From IMG/VR virus record IMGVR_UViG_3300030090_003629, positions 1,666 through 65,665 of that record: a stretch of DNA of 64,000 bases; one strand, given 5' to 3'. This document shows, one piece after another, positions 19,001 through 26,048 of the stretch. The notes below the pieces were generated by a model. That model was not told the DNA's origin. It searched no databases and saw only the letters and a list, made by a program, of their open reading frames with translations. Numbering within the stretch: the stretch's first letter is position 1; each line of letters begins with the position of its first letter. The position numbers and the translations under genes are program-made. The stretch is from a virus (lineage: Duplodnaviria; Caudoviricetes).

Positions 19001-21937
19001 TTTACCTGTAGCTGTTTTTAATATGTAACTAGTAGTGCTAGCTCTACCTTCTTTATCTATTACCTTAGATATACTTGCAGCCTGTAATTTTATTCCTTTA
19101 TCTTTTAAAGATTTTTCTGTTTCTTTATACTCCTTAGTTTTAGGAGCTACGACTGATTGGTCTTTTTTTTTTACGTCTGCTTTTGCTCTTTTAGGGTCTA
19201 CTCTTTGTTTTTGATCAGAAGTTAGTCTATCAAACATTTTAGGATTCATAACTGTTTTGTAGTCTCCAACTTTTCCTACAGTATATGTCATACCAGAAGG
19301 TATAACCTTATCTGTTTTAGCGTCTCTTACTGTTGCTTGCGTGTACCCTTTAATAGCTTCTTCATTAGATATATTATCTCTCTTTTGTATCTTCTCATCT
19401 ATTACTGTTGCTGGGGTCCATCTATCTGCTGCTTCTGACCACTGTGTCCACTCTACTGTTCCGTCTAATCTTGTTACAGCTCTAAATCTAGCGTGCACTG
19501 ACCCGTCTTCCTCATAAACAGTAAATTCTTCTGTTTTAACAGGAACTTGCTTGTCTTTATATCTAGGTTTTTCTTTTTCTTTTGTTTCAGTCCTCTCTTC
19601 TTTTTTTACTGCCTTATCTACATCTCCTCTATTAATAACTTTATTAATTCCTGTACCTATTATTTTACCAGCCGCAGCAGCAGTTATTTTTCCAGCCTCT
19701 AATGCTTTTAATAAATAATCTTTTGCTGTAGATGTAATTTTAGTTTTATCGTAATTTTTTATTTTTTTAATTGCCTCCTTAACTTCAACTGACTGTATCT
19801 TTTTTTTTCCTTTACCAAACAACCCCTTAACCCCTTGTACAACTTTAGATATAACTGACGGTTCTTGCTTTTTAGCATCGTCAGCTTTTTTTGCCTCTTT
19901 TTGCGAAAACTCTGTAACCTCATCTTTTGTTAGTCCTTGTACTTTAAACCTAGCATCTCTTTTTCCTGTTGACTTAGCTATTGGCGCTTTGTCTACTCTT
20001 AATGTATATATATCTTCTATTTCTCTTTCTAATACATTCATATCATCTTGCAATGTTTCCATAATAGATAGATGATTTTGTTCTGCTTTTTCTAATGCTT
20101 TCTTTTGTTTTTCTGGATTTTTTATATTTTCTTTTATATTAGCCCGATCTATTTCATAAGATTTCTTTTGTAACTCTTGTTGTTGTAAATTTCTAGATTT
20201 TCTAGTTTCTCTAAAAAATGCTTGCCTTGCTCCTTCTTCTGTTAATATACTATTTACAGTATGTTTTTCATAATTCTTTTCTGCTTGTTCTACAGCGGCT
20301 ATATATTCATCTGCTGTTTGTTGTGACATTTTTTTGTCCTTTACCATGTTGTTTATGTACTCTATGACAACAGAACCATCACCTCTATAGTTCCAAACGT
20401 TTAATGCTATTATGTTGTCTTGTACTTGTGCTTCTGCTGCATAGTACTGGTCAGGATCTTTTGCAGACTCAATTATTCTAGCATTTTCATTTATGGCTTC
20501 TTGATGCTCATTTAATGCAGAGATTCTTTCTGCTGCTGCATCAAAATATCCTCTTGCGCCTCCCATCGCTCCACCTAAACCTACAGAAGACCAAAATATA
20601 TCTCTTATTTCAGGACGTATATTTCCATAACTATCTTTTACCCAATCAGTCATTCCTAAATATTCTTCTCCTTTTGCTTGTTGTATATTTTTGTATTTAT
20701 TCCACTCTTGGTGAGTTTCTTGTATACCTTCTGTCAAACCTTCTACTGTAGCATATGCTCCTGCAGCAGGTAAAAGAGGTAATCTTTTTCGTACAGCATA
20801 GGACACTAAACCTCTTACCGAATCTTTATAATTTATTTTTTGTAATGGATTTAATAATAGTCTTTTAGCCATAGATTTACCTACACCTCCAAATAATAAA
20901 CCATATGATATTGCATCTGCACCAACCCACCATGCATTTGTTTTCATTACATCTGTAGCATGTGACGCTGCTTCATCTGGTGTAAATAATAAATTACCAT
21001 CTTCATCAGTATCTCTTAGCATTTCATTATACGCTTCTCCAGCTAAATATGCTCCTTCAGCCATGTTTGCTCCCAAACCACCACCTGCAAATGAGCCTAT
21101 ATTACGCATAAATTTTGTTTGTGCTAAACCTTTCTTGCCAGCATCAAAAGCTAACTTACCTAATATACCAGATCCCTGTATACCTTTGTTACCCATACCT
21201 ATACCTTTACCCATAGTACCAATAGGGACTCCCATAATTTTTTTAGCCTTATCTGCTTTTGATAAAGCTTTTGCTGACATCATTCCAAATCTTCCTAATA
21301 AAGCACCTCCTATTCTTGCTCCTGCAGTATATGGTATAGCAAATGACAATGCATAAGGAACTAATCTAGCAATTTTAGAGTTCCAAAATTCTGCACGGAA
21401 CATATCACCAAAAGTTACGTCTTTCATTTCATCAGACAATACTAACAAATTTTCATTTTGTTTTTGTGCTCCAATTTTTTTAAAATAATCACCTAGACGT
21501 GTAGTAGGTTCTGGATCTCCTGGTCTAGCCCACGCATTTATAAAATCTAAAGTTTCTCCAGTACCATACAATAAATCTCCAAAACCAGCTTTTATACTTC
21601 TTTCTAATTTTTCTCCTCCAGAACCAATCATAGATAATGGATCTAGTATTTCTTGATTTGGTGCAGAACCATATCGTAATCTATCTAGACCACTATATTC
21701 ATCTGCCGATATATCACTAGCAGCCATTGCTCTAGAATATTTGTTTAGCAAAGGATCATCTATATTTGCCTGTGCTACATTTTGAAACATTGCATCCATA
21801 GACATGGGCGTGTCCATTTCACTGTCATATGATTGTTGTATATCTTGTTGAGGTGTATTTATATTTACACTTTCGCTTTCAGCTAAATTGCCTAATATTT
21901 GATTTAACCCTGATGTGTAATCATTACTTTCTGCCAT
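10094..21937 (-). CDS. giant virion-packaged DNA-dependent RNA polymerase polyprotein (crAss-like)
   Basis: 3947 aa; RVPSHG followed by the catalytic GADLDGD (about 14546-14569); HEAGH zincin-like motif (18404-18418); lies after the cargo genes as in Crassvirales. Confidence 0.85.
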   Translation of the reverse strand: MAESNDYTSGLNQILGNLAESESVNINTPQQDIQQSYDSEMDTPMSMDAMFQNVAQANIDDPLLNKYSRAMAASDISADEYSGLDRLRYGSAPNQEILDPLSMIGSGGEKLERSIKAGFGDLLYGTGETLDFINAWARPGDPEPTTRLGDYFKKIGAQKQNENLLVLSDEMKDVTFGDMFRAEFWNSKIARLVPYALSFAIPYTAGARIGGALLGRFGMMSAKALSKADKAKKIMGVPIGTMGKGIGMGNKGIQGSGILGKLAFDAGKKGLAQTKFMRNIGSFAGGGLGANMAEGAYLAGEAYNEMLRDTDEDGNLLFTPDEAASHATDVMKTNAWWVGADAISYGLLFGGVGKSMAKRLLLNPLQKINYKDSVRGLVSYAVRKRLPLLPAAGAYATVEGLTEGIQETHQEWNKYKNIQQAKGEEYLGMTDWVKDSYGNIRPEIRDIFWSSVGLGGAMGGARGYFDAAAERISALNEHQEAINENARIIESAKDPDQYYAAEAQVQDNIIALNVWNYRGDGSVVIEYINNMVKDKKMSQQTADEYIAAVEQAEKNYEKHTVNSILTEEGARQAFFRETRKSRNLQQQELQKKSYEIDRANIKENIKNPEKQKKALEKAEQNHLSIMETLQDDMNVLEREIEDIYTLRVDKAPIAKSTGKRDARFKVQGLTKDEVTEFSQKEAKKADDAKKQEPSVISKVVQGVKGLFGKGKKKIQSVEVKEAIKKIKNYDKTKITSTAKDYLLKALEAGKITAAAAGKIIGTGINKVINRGDVDKAVKKEERTETKEKEKPRYKDKQVPVKTEEFTVYEEDGSVHARFRAVTRLDGTVEWTQWSEAADRWTPATVIDEKIQKRDNISNEEAIKGYTQATVRDAKTDKVIPSGMTYTVGKVGDYKTVMNPKMFDRLTSDQKQRVDPKRAKADVKKKDQSVVAPKTKEYKETEKSLKDKGIKLQAASISKVIDKEGRASTTSYILKTATGKVIKFFTSKPFGAEALTKTPQNVKLNLVEPVAGQADVVEVNGKLYFQYKKGAPLYESKIEVIVDNKVIGQLQYQDFTIEETTTKKAKKKETRSIDKVVGAVKQTKDNFNKFIKSTFSTIKENDPILLNRNLEVYTDSGLAASALTRSIINKNFPGAKGYVVQKALYDDYGQEATSLAIGATLMINENEVRQSDIIHEAGHIYYSLMEKTPLMKRIKKLLPKSLLYKKTQEEYPELTLMRVNGQNITIGAIYRNALNNKADYTGDIVSISENIAIAERNNDGTRTMELFNELRLQLKAQGIKEVRVDRQRHLLEETFSRTLEFYSYDNVDAVIKGTATQKRLEKDLIEFYKKVKKLTSNEDAKRLLDLSVDNIQSLDLEAAIKHILLDFNSGNRTVPVMQNSAYGPINKAKKKAIRKRSTYSALSKTIGDFMGRGLTSEQIADRVVEQIAKDSELTIKDVDFIKSQVEAVVRQKTRPNDLKLADDKLDRILSNIGKSIGKEEDVSQDGNESQPGAERNFDDDVKQIALPTTTSNFIKKIVEVYNNQNPDKVIDRKKLLYDLYSMSKNTMYDPYDFIPNVRKSGSREIEAMLGLLDNLYNNDKILTNAKLMEIKGPIEGITIEVLSHQALEIKYDKSRRRAVKSFKKYRTISKTLEQGVIRSILKDLNNNTEKGKKLAEVYDNLFKNEKPTSKQKYIAATKYLDIILDDNAKGKLIDKRALLNTEILFDGKRQYLWNLLFEHKRFKNGKPNLKYQSLMGIDKEGKFTVQTGKYKAYGLMFGKQGELKVILTEGLVASRAINYLSMVDNVMGDGVSIFNKENGLHNRAKNIANIINEEIDISKDDIMHPDNNIYSYLLYSKKARGVLTGSNGKVSQNPFRFTIHSGMMRELIAKAEAVKYEGRASKLNYVTPKELVAGDFLQFLSQYNQGIKNKEETIIYDQPIAVFSDKSRRYYIESMMAHNSKTRKELLSRIERNPAYGKKYQKGSDIFPYVIENNRIKNIKKLVVDFKQHMRINKDLYINNEDILETKDIDKAIEAYLTSHIANKFMAQQLFVHDHRQSKDEIDYIKRAAGAIASHVVFDRNTMIEPIIIKDYFIDDNNKITTEETDNNYIENDAMGYVLPEQAKIIREKYGESQKVGNVFKFVYHYTETEGKLKGKTTYLKFAVHTLTRELEAKSEYLKNIGEVLRKRQEQVEDISKTPGNLVIAASESAAKLFLDGIRTKEDIHDIKNLDNIDNIMKRQDLLYKDDTGYRGLSGEGFGIQLELDKQTDERFFPSQLFYNLATNIITEEEKLILKEMYGLRKDVMEANNESRNRKAGLIMNNTATRETVYKERDSFASSVSADIYGVLFDSVFETLDPRYPFANASYNSIARGRITHRGTKMYTKGSIAYQSSSLGMNLKSYEKGLFAEDESIVASEAIVPGYLKDQGVEVGDLFIGTRVPSHGKVTSSVFVVKDFHAQIDDTPTSNITIPAKVSKFWGADLDGDSVHMNFKYTEKEVNERGKSWRKKSNRFFDLYVKLVSNKKRTNEITANIDFVSDSDNAIEQAKSKGLYKNKKQKEESQLHPLGDSEMFNDNVPAKSLVGIVAALQRTFNIFSNNEEKLPFKITLKGESEAVTHDKFFDDPELENGVGNWYGVAQLLNIVLDNAKHQYASKLGLNKQTIFSYIMLRRLGYSLNDLTLLFNSPIVQEYIDFKSKRSKNYISKDSDIQEMFLEDQVNNVNELAEFFESQGVKKLTYFYKQKITGKKRKGIDQKRWETIVSRLKGEGINININDLLTKGKNRNAEFDAIIMLYALDKFNEDVVNPFGKAFTVHQKIEKNPFELRQITQKIKKLQTNFITINDRKSGGLSLPYQLGESRFNSIVEHAVKLFSTVLERAFVTDIRFTPYMQGIINNESYAELKMLYPDKYSAIINRVIINDLKNNISFLSKIENRETLIDNFISLKEKYGKDNIFTDKIIEVTEKGDKVVINRVEVTDFISYKSIDQIKESFSNLLPEEKNLIFELEAEFNGFGFTGGAGGAASFIPFFDNEYINKINDEINTIITNNQTKEPEFKYDDVNDMSNLDNLDSIELDDAIIDELNKNLTTDKKIDKASKQNNTFIDPTKKAKKVISSSTTYNNDYISGDNNILSFSEYLADKGIDIQKIKESKIAEQLYNKYIKYREHYKTVQEFESSLEKKPLSKYNLEDLRKRAFKLRSMDNSATKNISYIVEKEIGKRLFEIQTKKLKADGKRQGYKYKVPGLDGVEQEDMSGLESWLTSNNISSKRPELQLLINEIQFEYRNYLRAFKRYKDRLEKANRSLVRSKNKGLSVLERVRQGFDTNARYKYIYGNIATFENGNIRLLTEEELADKNLTKEERAYYTEYKNVAQELLNTDTYIIPGMQMGTLEKMSRNSLFGLYDNTIDTYDIERVKVYGLDKSGNRVLKTLYEWKYDVYKGRTGKLTLESGRQIYELDKLRRKAKELKAKGINEDGSKILLSDMEYDALINNGAMIKKLMGDNNITDVDRELIEEYERRRGIKAKNISYDINSSLLEFIRGSLFMNGENVDLQKSKGIENPFTGMSKVSILIDSVIAFNKGLDNKNAANYLTRWWKEGFIEGRQQESFLGKTGDKVIDSFVRLTSLRLLGFNMTVGIGNVLAGKYQELRKKGGAQFIKGETRYFKNLYESRDILKRFRIVEYSFDEFIHLSESKGAFGKLEKWSYIFMDATENYIQGAAFLGELTEEEFNNPDLITEERVMQINHKISTLHGEGYTALDASLLSMYSYGRALLQFKKWFVTLLKDRFSAEDIDRFGKVNIGSYRATGEFVRDLFRSYIAGNTSKKELKAIWDNSNEARKAEIAAHLRGMGIGITLLSLIAIMEDDEDSDPNMIRTLKKFSNDVFVTTDYDRFFNYTLVPASYSTIKNATEMIGQSVRGDKIKRSGPYGEKGDSKAAKTLLYDLAPYSSVRRSIARDVYNMEGDKKETSSLIR

Positions 21938-23988
21938 TATTGTTGATATTTATATATGGTTTTACTTAACTTTCTGCTTTGTTTATATTGTGATGCTGGA
22001 TATATTGTTTGACTATATTGATCATAGTTACCTTTATTTATAGCTTCCAGCATAGATACAAAGTTAGGATTTTGCGTTGCAAGACCTTCTTTTAATAGTT
22101 TAGTTGATAAAGCCATATATTGTCCTGGACTATTAGCTATTAATTTTTTAGAAGGATCAGTTTCGTTAGGAGTAAAATCAAATGGATAATTTCTTTCCTG
22201 TTTTGACTGCACATACAAATCTGCCATTATCATTGGTATTGCTTTTCTTGCGTTAAATGAACTTACTCCTGACATACTTAATCCTATGTTTAATGTTTTG
22301 TCGTATCCATTAACAAACTGCTGTGTCAAACCTTCATTTGGCATTTCTAATTGTTTTGTTAATTTATTAGTAGATGCTATTTTTCTTTGATTTGCATAGT
22401 TCTGTTGTGCTATTTGTTGCTCATAATTACCCATGTCTGTTTTAACTTTATTAAGATCATCTGTAGGTACCGCTTCATTTATTGCAGCTTGTATTGTAGC
22501 GTCTTCTAAATTAATCTTTTTATAATATGCATCATCTGGGCCTAAATCATCGTCTATAAGTTCTGCTACTATTACATAGTCAAACTCTGTATTTTTATAT
22601 TGCTCACGCATTTTATTTAAATCTGATTCTTTTGAAACATCAGTTAGTAAAAAAGAGTCTCCATTTGCATTTTTTCCTTCAAGAGCTACATGATAACCTC
22701 TAAGTCTTAAATCATCTCTTTCAGATTCTTGCCATAAATCCTTACCTGTGATATTCATTGAAGCTATATCTGAATCTGAAATTTGATGTCCATATCTATC
22801 ATACAAACCAGCCATTCTTACATTATCTACTTGTCTATTTCTTGTATTGTATCTTGATTCTTCTGAATTGCTATATTTTCCTGCCCATGATCTTGTTATT
22901 GCAGTTTCTAACTTAGGATTAAAAGCAAAAATTCTAGGACTTGCTACAAGTTGCGTTCCTTTAGAAAATGGAGCGCTTATACCTTTATAATTTTCTGGAC
23001 CATGATTTTTATCAACACCACCTATTCTATCCCAATTAGTAAAAGCATCTGTTGAATTAAACATATCTTGGAAATTAATACCTTGATCTTTAAATTTAAA
23101 AAAGTCTTTACCTGTTGCTATTTGCGTTAAACCAACAGAATCTAAATTTCTTACTAACTCTCTAGAAAACGTTGTATCTATTTCTTTATCTCCAAATATA
23201 GCTTGACCATTAAAATATGTAACACCATCAACTTCTTGATAACCCAATTCTTTTTTAACAAATAATTTCATATCATCATACGTTATAGCAGATTGATATT
23301 CTTGTACATTTTCTGGGTTAGCATCATTTATCATGTCTATAATTATAGATTGATGATTTGATCCAATTAGATCGTCTATATCTAAATTTTGTGCTTTTGT
23401 TAAACTCAAAGCTTCTTTAGCTTGCTCTATATAATCTCTTCTAGGAGCATTAAATATAAAATTATCACTTTCTCCATTAACAAAATCTGTGTATCTTTTT
23501 TTTGCATTTGTTGTTATTAAATGCGAGTACTTATTATTTAAAGCATGCGAGTGATATAACTCTAAAGCAGCTTGATTTTTTTTAGTTCTTTGTGATATTG
23601 GATTATTTTTTAATCTAGCTTGATATTCTGCTATTAAATAATCTAAATTTCCGTACAATCTAGCATTATCTATAGAACCATGTTCTCTAAGCACACCCTG
23701 TATATCATTCCATCCTGATAATTGTTGATGCCAAGCCTTAAAATCATCTACATCTTTTTGTCTTGCAAATTTATTATTAGTATATAAATCATTAAACGCA
23801 GTTTGTTGAGCTTGTACTAATTGATTGTTTTGTTCATTTTTTCTATTTAATTGAGCAAGCTCTTGCATTTGTAATTGCATTTGCTGCTGTTTTAAAGCAT
23901 TTTGCTTTTGTAAACGTGCGTTTTGTAAATCGCCTGCCCCTAGCATTGGACCTGTTAATGCACTAAAAAACCCTGAGTCTATTGTCAT
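21937..23988 (-). CDS. putative internal virion (ejection/cargo) protein
   Basis: 683 aa, helical and Gln-rich N-terminus; directly upstream of the vRNAP. Confidence 0.6.
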   Translation of the reverse strand: MTIDSGFFSALTGPMLGAGDLQNARLQKQNALKQQQMQLQMQELAQLNRKNEQNNQLVQAQQTAFNDLYTNNKFARQKDVDDFKAWHQQLSGWNDIQGVLREHGSIDNARLYGNLDYLIAEYQARLKNNPISQRTKKNQAALELYHSHALNNKYSHLITTNAKKRYTDFVNGESDNFIFNAPRRDYIEQAKEALSLTKAQNLDIDDLIGSNHQSIIIDMINDANPENVQEYQSAITYDDMKLFVKKELGYQEVDGVTYFNGQAIFGDKEIDTTFSRELVRNLDSVGLTQIATGKDFFKFKDQGINFQDMFNSTDAFTNWDRIGGVDKNHGPENYKGISAPFSKGTQLVASPRIFAFNPKLETAITRSWAGKYSNSEESRYNTRNRQVDNVRMAGLYDRYGHQISDSDIASMNITGKDLWQESERDDLRLRGYHVALEGKNANGDSFLLTDVSKESDLNKMREQYKNTEFDYVIVAELIDDDLGPDDAYYKKINLEDATIQAAINEAVPTDDLNKVKTDMGNYEQQIAQQNYANQRKIASTNKLTKQLEMPNEGLTQQFVNGYDKTLNIGLSMSGVSSFNARKAIPMIMADLYVQSKQERNYPFDFTPNETDPSKKLIANSPGQYMALSTKLLKEGLATQNPNFVSMLEAINKGNYDQYSQTIYPASQYKQSRKLSKTIYKYQQ

Positions 23989-26048
23989 TCTCCTTTTTCT
24001 TTATTAATTAATTCTTGTAAATCTTTTAAGCTTACAGATTGATTTCCTACATTATCTATATAATTATAAAATGGACTACCGCTTGCAGGAGTTGTGTTTG
24101 ACAAAGAGCTTCCTCCCAAACCAGATAAAACATTTGCAAAAGCAGCTCCTGTAAATTTAACAGCAGCATCTTTATTTGCTTGTTGTCTTTTCATATCTTC
24201 TGTTCTTTCTTTCTCTGTTTGTTGTATGTCAAAATTTTCTTTAAACATCATTAACTTTTCATACTTATCTGCATTTTTTCTTTGCAGCTCATCGTCTTTT
24301 GCAGCAAAATCTAATAACGCAGAAGATCTTTGAGCATCTAAAACTCCGCTTTGTGCTAAGAATCTAGCTCTATTACCATTTGTACCTCTAACAGCATTTT
24401 CTAAACCTAATTGATATGCATAGTCTATTTCATTTCTAAATTTATTTGCCTCGTCAGGATGAAAACCTTTTTTAGCCAACTCTCTACTTTGTCTTAAATG
24501 TTGCATAAACATAGGAGATAACTTAGCACTAGCTTGTGGCTTTACTTCTTTCATAGCTTCTGCTAGGCCTTTTTTACCTAGCACGTATGATATAATACCT
24601 CCTGGGCCACCAACATAATCTAAAACTTTACCTGCTCCCTTTATTAAACTAGATCCCAAGCCAGCTAAACCTTCTAATGGAGTGCTAGGAACATTAGTAA
24701 CGTTTTTATCTGTTTGTTCTGTTGTATCTACACTTTCTGGTGTTACTAAAGATTCATCTGTACCTGTACCCCCATCAATATCTATTGTATCAGGAATACC
24801 ATCACCATCTTGGTCAATCATCATTTCTTTTGCCCTTTCTTCTTTTATTTTTTCTTGTCTTTTTTTTGCTTCTTTTTGAAATGTATTTGGTACAAAATTT
24901 GGATTTATTTGACCTTCTTTTCCTAATTTAAAAGTACCATCATCGTTAATTACACGAAATTCATTTTTATCTTTGTCCCACTTGTATCTGTTTTCTTGTA
25001 TCTTTATAGGCCTTGACTTGTCTATATTATCAATATTTTTATATACCTCATCAAAATTTGTATATTCTATTTCTCCTGTTTCTTGTAATTTAAAAGATCT
25101 TTTTATATCTTCTTGTGTTACATTTTCTCCAATAGGTATTGTAATTATTTGATCATTTGGACCCATTACTTGTACGTATTGTGTTTCTCCTGGAACAGAC
25201 CCTTTAATTGCTGCTTTTGCTACAGTATTATTTCCCTCTTGTTCAACAATATATAGTTGCCCTTCTTTATCAACTGATAAATTTTCTGGAGGCAAACTTT
25301 TTATTACATCAGCATCTTTTTTATCTTCTATTTTTATTTCTGGTAATTTACCAGCATCATAGGTTTTTCCTTCTTCTTCTACTGTAACTTCTGGCAATTC
25401 TCCAGCGTCTACAGTAGTACCCTGTTCCTCTACTGTAACTTCAGGTAATTCACCTCCATCTACTATAACATCATCATCTGTAGCTTCTTCATCTTTAACT
25501 TCTTCAGGACTATCAATATTTTTTATAACCGTTGGTATATTTTCTAATCTTGTTCTTGCAGTATCAATTGCATTTTGTGGTCTTTCCCAGTTAACAGTAA
25601 ACCATGTAGAAGCTTCTTGTTCATTAGGAAAATTTTGTGCTAAATATTTTTTAGTGTCGTTTTCTTTTAAAGCATAATCTATTTGCCCTTTCCAATCAGT
25701 TTTCCAATCACTACCAGCAGATTTTTTCATAGCCTCAAATCTAGAGCCATAATGCTGAAATAACCCTCCCGACTTAGCTTTTATCCCGTCCCATAGATCA
25801 GATGGAACTTTTTTTCTTGCTTTTGTAGGGTGATACTTAGTATAATACCAAGACTTGTCTTTTCCTTGAAAAACTAATTTTTCTGCATTTGATAGTTTTT
25901 TCGTTGGGTCTGCTATCATATAATCTCCTAACACTCCAACATTAAAACTACTTTCTGATTTTATATTGTTAATCATACCTATAGCATGATTACGAGATAG
26001 GCCTTTTTTTATTAAGTAGTTATATAATTCTTTTTCTGTTACTTTCAT
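23985..26048 (-). CDS. internal virion/ejection protein with N-terminal phage tail lysozyme domain
   Basis: YNYL..KGLS...AIGMINNIKSESSFN, GLFQH..SR, QIDYALKE and WERP motifs of the Phage_lysozyme2 family; Gly-rich hydrophobic segment and coiled coil at the C-terminus. Confidence 0.75.
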   Translation of the reverse strand: MKVTEKELYNYLIKKGLSRNHAIGMINNIKSESSFNVGVLGDYMIADPTKKLSNAEKLVFQGKDKSWYYTKYHPTKARKKVPSDLWDGIKAKSGGLFQHYGSRFEAMKKSAGSDWKTDWKGQIDYALKENDTKKYLAQNFPNEQEASTWFTVNWERPQNAIDTARTRLENIPTVIKNIDSPEEVKDEEATDDDVIVDGGELPEVTVEEQGTTVDAGELPEVTVEEEGKTYDAGKLPEIKIEDKKDADVIKSLPPENLSVDKEGQLYIVEQEGNNTVAKAAIKGSVPGETQYVQVMGPNDQIITIPIGENVTQEDIKRSFKLQETGEIEYTNFDEVYKNIDNIDKSRPIKIQENRYKWDKDKNEFRVINDDGTFKLGKEGQINPNFVPNTFQKEAKKRQEKIKEERAKEMMIDQDGDGIPDTIDIDGGTGTDESLVTPESVDTTEQTDKNVTNVPSTPLEGLAGLGSSLIKGAGKVLDYVGGPGGIISYVLGKKGLAEAMKEVKPQASAKLSPMFMQHLRQSRELAKKGFHPDEANKFRNEIDYAYQLGLENAVRGTNGNRARFLAQSGVLDAQRSSALLDFAAKDDELQRKNADKYEKLMMFKENFDIQQTEKERTEDMKRQQANKDAAVKFTGAAFANVLSGLGGSSLSNTTPASGSPFYNYIDNVGNQSVSLKDLQELINKEKGE
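25326..25465 (-). repeat. three 51-nt (17-aa) tandem repeats, D(A/G)GELPEVTVEE
   Basis: actgtaactt recurs at 25381 and 25432; the third copy reads DAGKLPEIKIED. Confidence 0.85.
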
